The position numbers and the translations under genes are program-made. Positions 24,232-28,353 of a stretch of 28,353 nucleotides of DNA are shown one piece after another (the stretch's first letter is position 1; every line of letters begins with the position of its first letter). The stretch comes from a virus (Duplodnaviria; Caudoviricetes), in the IMG/VR virus record IMGVR_UViG_3300031228_000024, positions 1 to 28,353 of that record; one strand, written 5' to 3'. The notes under the pieces were generated by a model that saw only the letters and a program-made list of their open reading frames with translations, did not search any database and was not told the origin of the DNA.

Positions 24232-24470
24232 CGGTTGTCGCTCCTGGTCGAGCTGCTCGCGCGCTCGCTAGTTCCACAGGTACTTGAGTTCTTTGAAGCC
24301 ATGTCTGTACGGGTGAAGGTTTGTTCCGGGTGGGGGTGATCTGGTGATCCCCCTTTTTCTAGGGGTCTTGATCCCCCTTTCTCGGTGGTCGGATCGGGGT
24401 TATCCACAGGGTCGGAGGGGTATCGGGTGATCCCCCTTTGTGTGGTGGTGGTCGTGTCGTTAGGGGTCAT
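24228..24470 (-). CDS. low-complexity ORF spanning the origin (80 aa)
   Basis: ATGA overlaps at both ends; the EKGGS repeats are translated iterons; may not yield a functional protein. Confidence 0.5.
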   Translation of the reverse strand: MTPNDTTTTTQRGITRYPSDPVDNPDPTTEKGGSRPLEKGGSPDHPHPEQTFTRTDMASKNSSTCGTSERASSSTRSDNR

Positions 24471-24486
24471 TCGGCGATCCCCCTTT
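24346..24486. other. replication origin: four GATCCCCCTTT iterons and a perfect DnaA box
   Basis: Iterons at 24346, 24370, 24429 and 24476; TTATCCACA at 24400-24408; adjacent to the Rep-like gene. Confidence 0.85.
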
Positions 24487-24790
24487 TCCAGGTCGCGTCG
24501 CGGTGGTCTGTGGTGAGTCGGGTGATCTCGTAGTGGGTGGCTTTGCCTCGGTGTGCGACGCCGTTGGTGGGGGTGATGAGGCCGCGGTCGCGGAGGGTAC
24601 GGAGGACGTTCTTGATGGTGGCCGGCGTCGTGCGACAGCGGTAGGCGAGGGCTTCGCGGGTGGTCTTGTGGGTGGCGATGCGGGTGTTGTCGCGTGCGGC
24701 TTCGGCGAGGGCGATGAGGACGTTCAGCTCGAGCGGGGTGAGGTCGGCGGGGGCGTTGTCGAGGACCTCGCCGACGATGCGGCCGCTCAT
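24467..24790 (-). CDS. replication initiator-like winged-helix protein (107 aa)
   Basis: LTPLELNVLIALAE, REALAYRC, TIKNVLRTLRDRGLI, THYEI pattern; ends in the iteron array. Confidence 0.8.
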   Translation of the reverse strand: MSGRIVGEVLDNAPADLTPLELNVLIALAEAARDNTRIATHKTTREALAYRCRTTPATIKNVLRTLRDRGLITPTNGVAHRGKATHYEITRLTTDHRDATWKRGIAE

Positions 24791-25542
24791 GCTGTGCCGC
24801 CTGTCAGGTCGAGTTGCTGCCAGCTCAGCCGGTCGGCGGCGCGCTCACACTGCTGCTCCCGGCGCTCGATCCCGACCGCGCGTAGGCCGAGCATGCGGGC
24901 GACGAGCAGGGTCGAGCAGGAGCCAGCGAACGGGTCGAGCACGAGACCGCCTGATGGGCAGCCGTATTCGACCAGTGGGGCGACGAGGCTGGTCGGCTTC
25001 TCGGTCTCGTTGATGGCACGGCCGTGCATCGAGCGGTGGAACATGACCGACCGCATCAGTCGAGGTCCGCCGTCCTCCGAGACGTACTCCGAGGGCCCGC
25101 GGGCGCCCTGGTGATGAACCGGCTTCGCCTTCCGCCTGACGGCTCGTGCGGTGACGTCGGACGTGGTCGGAGTCTCGTGATAGATCTCCGACCAGGCGCC
25201 GCGATACCAGTGCAGAGCATGCTCGTGGACGCGCTTGAAGCGGTCCGCGTGCAGGCCCGAGCCGTTGTGCTTCTCCCACACGACGTCTTGCGAGAGGTGC
25301 CAGTCGGTGAACTCGTCTCGTCGTTCGAGGAACATGCGCATGGAGCCGAAGACCCACATCGAGCGGGCATAGGGCGTGAGGGCAGCGGGCCAGCCGTCCG
25401 GCCAGCGGTCCCACGCGAGGGTGGTCTCGCCGTAGGGCGGGTCCGCGACGATCAGGTCAGCGTCGATCGCGAGTTCGGGAAGGACTTCCTCGAATCGTCC
25501 GTGGTAGAGGGTGACCAGGTCGTCGGCGTAGTAGGGCTTCAC
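24787..25542 (-). CDS. orphan DNA amino-methyltransferase (N6-A/N4-C, beta class)
   Basis: DPPY before EKP and LDPFAGS; GTG 25542 in GTGA overlap. Confidence 0.92.
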   Translation of the reverse strand: MKPYYADDLVTLYHGRFEEVLPELAIDADLIVADPPYGETTLAWDRWPDGWPAALTPYARSMWVFGSMRMFLERRDEFTDWHLSQDVVWEKHNGSGLHADRFKRVHEHALHWYRGAWSEIYHETPTTSDVTARAVRRKAKPVHHQGARGPSEYVSEDGGPRLMRSVMFHRSMHGRAINETEKPTSLVAPLVEYGCPSGGLVLDPFAGSCSTLLVARMLGLRAVGIERREQQCERAADRLSWQQLDLTGGTA

Positions 25543-25739
25543 TGGCGGTCCTTCGGCCAGTTGAGGTAGCGCTCGCACGTGGTCGAGCCTTCGCCGTGGC
25601 CGCGGTTGGTGATGCCGGCGGCGGTGGTGAGGGTCTGGCAGTGGCGGCAGGAGGTCCATGCGTCGTCGCCGGGTTTGAGGTCGAGCTCGTCGTCGGCCTG
25701 GTCCTCGGGCTCGAGGTCGAAGAGTGCCGGCTCGGTCAT
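25539..25739 (-). CDS. hypothetical protein (66 aa, CxxC...H...C)
   Basis: ATG 25739 in ATGA overlap; MTEPALFDLEPE... Confidence 0.75.
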   Translation of the reverse strand: MTEPALFDLEPEDQADDELDLKPGDDAWTSCRHCQTLTTAAGITNRGHGEGSTTCERYLNWPKDRQ

Positions 25740-26452
25740 AGGGCGGCACCGGATTCGATGACATCGGCGAGGATCTCGGCCGCGGAGACCACGTGCCTCG
25801 ATCGCCGCTCCGGCACCCCGGTCGCGGTGCGGTGGTCGTCGAGGTCGGCGGGCAGCGGCCAGCCGTTGGCCTCGCCTTCTCGGCGTGCTCGAGCGGAGGG
25901 CCCGGGCTGGCTGCCGACGCGGCGTAGCAGGGCGAGCACGGCCTGCGCGTTGCCCGCCGTGACCCGGTCGGGACGGAGCTGCAGCGCTGGGCGTGGGCTG
26001 GTGCTGCCGAGTTCGCGTGCGATCCATGTTCGGGGGTAGCCGGCGGCGATGAGGGCGTGGATCCGGACCCACGTCAGCGTGGCGTCGATGTACGCGCCGG
26101 GTGGGGCGGCGAGCGGGTCGAAGGGGATCGCGGCGATCGCGGCGGCGGTCTCTGAGCGGATCTTGGTCAGCGGGGGGTTGCCGCGGATTCGGTCCTGCCG
26201 GTAGCCGAGTCGGATGTCTCGGACGACCTTGCGGCCGATGCCGGCTAGCTCGGCGATCGAGCGGTCGCCGAATCCGATCTGACAGAGGCCGAGGACGCGT
26301 TCTCGTGTCTCGTCGACGGGCACGAACGGTTCCCATTGGCCGTAGGCGATGAGTCGGTTTCGGCGGTCGTTGTATTCGGAGCAGGCGAGTCCGCAGACGT
26401 AGCAGCGGCAGCCGTCGAGCTTGTAGCGGGCGTACCCGTGGTCCCGGGTCAC
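25736..26452 (-). CDS. HTH DNA-binding protein with N-terminal HG..Y..GCRC..C Zn motif
   Basis: GTG 26452; two HTH-like segments (RSIAELAGIGRKVV; TWIARELG). Confidence 0.8.
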   Translation of the reverse strand: MTRDHGYARYKLDGCRCYVCGLACSEYNDRRNRLIAYGQWEPFVPVDETRERVLGLCQIGFGDRSIAELAGIGRKVVRDIRLGYRQDRIRGNPPLTKIRSETAAAIAAIPFDPLAAPPGAYIDATLTWVRIHALIAAGYPRTWIARELGSTSPRPALQLRPDRVTAGNAQAVLALLRRVGSQPGPSARARREGEANGWPLPADLDDHRTATGVPERRSRHVVSAAEILADVIESGAAL

Positions 26453-26667
26453 GTGGGGTCCTTCCAGATTTTGAGGCGGGTGAGATGCCAGCCCTTGCAG
26501 TGGGGGCACCGGTAGCAGCGGACGGGCCCGATCCATCGGGAGACGCGTACGGCGGCGGCTACAGCGGCGTCGAAAGTGGGGTAGCGGGCTTTATGTGTGG
26601 AGCATTTGCCGCGGTGGGTGCCGACGCGTGGCCGGGGTCGTGTCCGGCGGGGCTTGGTCGGGTTCAC
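26449..26667 (-). CDS. small basic Zn-finger protein
   Basis: C..K.RY...YRCPHCKGWHLT motif. Confidence 0.8.
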   Translation of the reverse strand: MNPTKPRRTRPRPRVGTHRGKCSTHKARYPTFDAAVAAAVRVSRWIGPVRCYRCPHCKGWHLTRLKIWKDPT

Positions 26668-26670
26668 GGC

Positions 26671-26850
26671 TCACGCCGGCACAACGGTGATCGGCGCCAG
26701 CTCGATCAGCAGGGCCGCGAGCATCACCGCGGACTCTCCGTCTTTCGCGTAGCGGCCGATCGTCTCGGCGTTCTCGCAGAGTGCGCTCGCGAAGGCGGCA
26801 CGGTCCCTCTTGACGGCGTCGACGAGCTCGACTGCCTGGTGCTCATCCAT
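26671..26850 (-). CDS. hypothetical protein (59 aa)
   Basis: Not in the ORF track; GAGGAG RBS; MDEHQAVELVDAVKRDRAAFASALCEN...VVPA. Confidence 0.75.
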   Translation of the reverse strand: MDEHQAVELVDAVKRDRAAFASALCENAETIGRYAKDGESAVMLAALLIELAPITVVPA

Positions 26851-26859
26851 GGGTGCTCC

Positions 26860-27345
26860 TCAGAGTGGGTAGATGCGGACGACGACGCCCGGGACCGGCT
26901 TCACGTCGCTGTGCTTCTCGGGATGGACCTGCACATAGGCCTTCCGCGCCACCAGCTCGACCACGGCCGAATCGTCGGGGAGGATCTCGGCCTTCTGCAG
27001 CGCATCGGCCACGACGCGGGCCAGCTTGTCCAGATCGCCGGTGTTGTGCCCCACCGGCTGCGCGTCGACGAACCGGGGCTTCAAGATCCCGCGGTTGCGC
27101 CCGGTGCCGTAGTGCGCGACCGGCCGCTCGAGCGTGAACGTGCACTCGACCCCGACCGGCTGGCCAGCCACGGCTTTGCGGCTGGCCAGCTTGCGGCCGA
27201 ACCATCCGGAGAGGAGGTTCAGCCAGGGGGTTGCGGAGGCGTGGGACTCGACGAGCTTGTGCATGCCGTTCTGGCCGACGCACTTCATCGAGCCCTTGGT
27301 TTTCGGGTTACCAGGGATCGAGATCCAGACCTCGCGGTCGAGCAT
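26860..27345 (-). CDS. rusA: RusA-like Holliday junction resolvase
   Basis: IPGNPKTKGS, GDLDKLARVVADAL, DDSAVV; ATG 27345 in TGATG overlap. Confidence 0.9.
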   Translation of the reverse strand: MLDREVWISIPGNPKTKGSMKCVGQNGMHKLVESHASATPWLNLLSGWFGRKLASRKAVAGQPVGVECTFTLERPVAHYGTGRNRGILKPRFVDAQPVGHNTGDLDKLARVVADALQKAEILPDDSAVVELVARKAYVQVHPEKHSDVKPVPGVVVRIYPL

Positions 27346-27776
27346 CAGCTCGCTCGCTTCTGCTGGGCGTACCGGCGCCGGGCGTACTCCCGGTTGTTGC
27401 GGCGTGCGCAGGTGATGCAGACTCGGTGGCCGTTGACCACGCGTGTGTTGCTCGGGCTGAACCGGTGGCCATGCTTGCAACGCGTCTTCGCCCTGTTGAG
27501 CGTGGTGATGTTGGTCCCGCGCAGGAGGTTCTCGAGCAGGGTGACCGGCTCGAGGTGGTCGGGGTTGACGCAGTGCCGGACGCGGCACAGGTGGTCGATC
27601 GTTAGGCCGGCGGGGATCGGCTCGACCAGTGCCTCGTAGACAGCTCGGTGGGCCATCGGCCGACGCTTGCCGACGCGGAGTCGGCCGTAGCCGTCGTCGG
27701 TGAGCTTGTCGGTCCAGAGCCAGCACGCCGAGGGGCTGACCAGGACCTTGCTCGCGATGCGGTCGAGGAGATCCAT
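27345..27776 (-). CDS. HNH endonuclease (homing-type)
   Basis: [32 protein letters not shown]; C-terminal CKHGH..CITC. Confidence 0.92.
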   Translation of the reverse strand: MDLLDRIASKVLVSPSACWLWTDKLTDDGYGRLRVGKRRPMAHRAVYEALVEPIPAGLTIDHLCRVRHCVNPDHLEPVTLLENLLRGTNITTLNRAKTRCKHGHRFSPSNTRVVNGHRVCITCARRNNREYARRRYAQQKRAS

Positions 27777-28006
27777 CAGCAGGGCGGCGGATCGGCGTAG
27801 GTGCCGGCCCCGGGCGCGATGCGGGCACGGAACTCGATGCTGTGTTCGTGGGTGGCGAGCATCCGTGAGGCACCCATCTGCGCGACCTCCGCGAGCTCGT
27901 GTTGGTCGGCGTGTTCGGCGTCGGGTGGGACGTAGATCGAGGCGTGGAACGTGAGCCCGGAGGGTGTGGTGATCTCCGACGTGTACGACGTCCCCGACTC
28001 GCTCAC
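27776..28006 (-). CDS. hypothetical protein (76 aa)
   Basis: GTGA and TGATG coupling on the two sides. Confidence 0.75.
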   Translation of the reverse strand: MSESGTSYTSEITTPSGLTFHASIYVPPDAEHADQHELAEVAQMGASRMLATHEHSIEFRARIAPGAGTYADPPPC

Positions 28007-28353
28007 TCCTCCCCCACGTGAACCATGCGCGTGAACAGGTCGATCGCGGAGTCGTGGAGCAGGTCAACGGCGGGCTGCAGAGCGTCCCTGGCAGCGTCCC
28101 CGGCAGCGGCCCCGGCAGCGGCCCTGGCAGCGGCCCTGGCAGCGGCCCCGGCAGCGTCCCAGGCAGCGTCCCAGGCAGCGTCCCAGGCAGCGGCCCCGGC
28201 AGCGTCCCAGGCAGCGTCCCAGGCAGCGTCCCTGGCAGCGTCCCAGGCAGCGTCCCTGGCAGCGGCCCCGGCAGCGTCCCAGGCAGCGTCCCAGGCAGCG
28301 GCCCCGGCAGCGTCCCAGGCAGCGTCCCCGGCAGCGTCCCAGGCAGCGACCCA
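28003..28353 (-). CDS. 3' part of the WDAA-repeat protein (joins 1..665)
   Basis: Repeats followed by [28 protein letters not shown]; in frame with ATG 665 when position 1 is aligned to 28232. Confidence 0.9.
   Translation of the reverse strand, partial: WVAAWDAAGDAAWDAAGAAAWDAAWDAAGAAARDAAWDAARDAAWDAAWDAAGAAAWDAAWDAAWDAAGAAARAAARAAAGAAAGDAARDALQPAVDLLHDSAIDLFTRMVHVGEE
28081..28353. repeat. 12-bp coding tandem repeat, about 23 units, overlapping the array at the window start
   Basis: Same unit; 28232-28340 is identical to 1-109. Confidence 0.97.

Noticed and set aside
28232-28353. Biological direct terminal repeat
   Set aside because: The overlap lies in a tandem array inside a gene, typical of an assembly break; the packaging genes point to ends near 23400.
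1-28353. Apparent abundance of CTCGAG/TCGA sites
   Set aside because: Explicable by codon usage (CTC GAG, GTC GAC, ATC GAG); not quantified.
1-28353. tRNA, integrase, transposase or attP
   Set aside because: None recognisable by eye; intergenic gaps are few and otherwise explained. tRNAscan and HMM searches would confirm.

Overview
The window looks like a near-complete, circularly closable genome (about 28.2 kb) of a high-GC tailed phage. An actinobacterial host and a siphovirus-type tail are inferred. Almost all genes are on the minus strand and tightly coupled (ATGA/TGATG/GTGA overlaps). Both contig ends fall inside one gene built from a 12-bp coding tandem repeat ([W/R/G][D/A]AA); 1-109 is identical to 28232-28340. 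In minus-strand order the early region holds a Cro/Xis-like HTH, PD-(D/E)XK exonuclease, HNH, RecT, EEP-family enzyme, the repeat protein, HNH, RusA, HTH, DNA methyltransferase, and a short Rep with four iterons and a DnaA box. The late region holds HNH, TerS, TerL, portal, protease, capsid, head-tail genes, major tail protein, tail chaperone, tape measure, minor tail, lysis genes and a tailspike. The only plus-strand genes are a repressor cut off after about 49 codons and the 3' part of a Wzy-like polysaccharide polymerase. No integrase is present, consistent with a deleted lysogeny module. The most unusual signals are: this repressor/Wzy junction next to a tailspike; an apparent +1 tail-chaperone frameshift; a TerL apparently lacking nuclease acidic residues, with a Cys insert echoed in the nearby HNH; an HNH nested inside a coupled overlapping ORF; a repeat-rich capsid leader; and two length variants of the repeat gene. 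All assignments come from reading motifs by eye; no searches were run.
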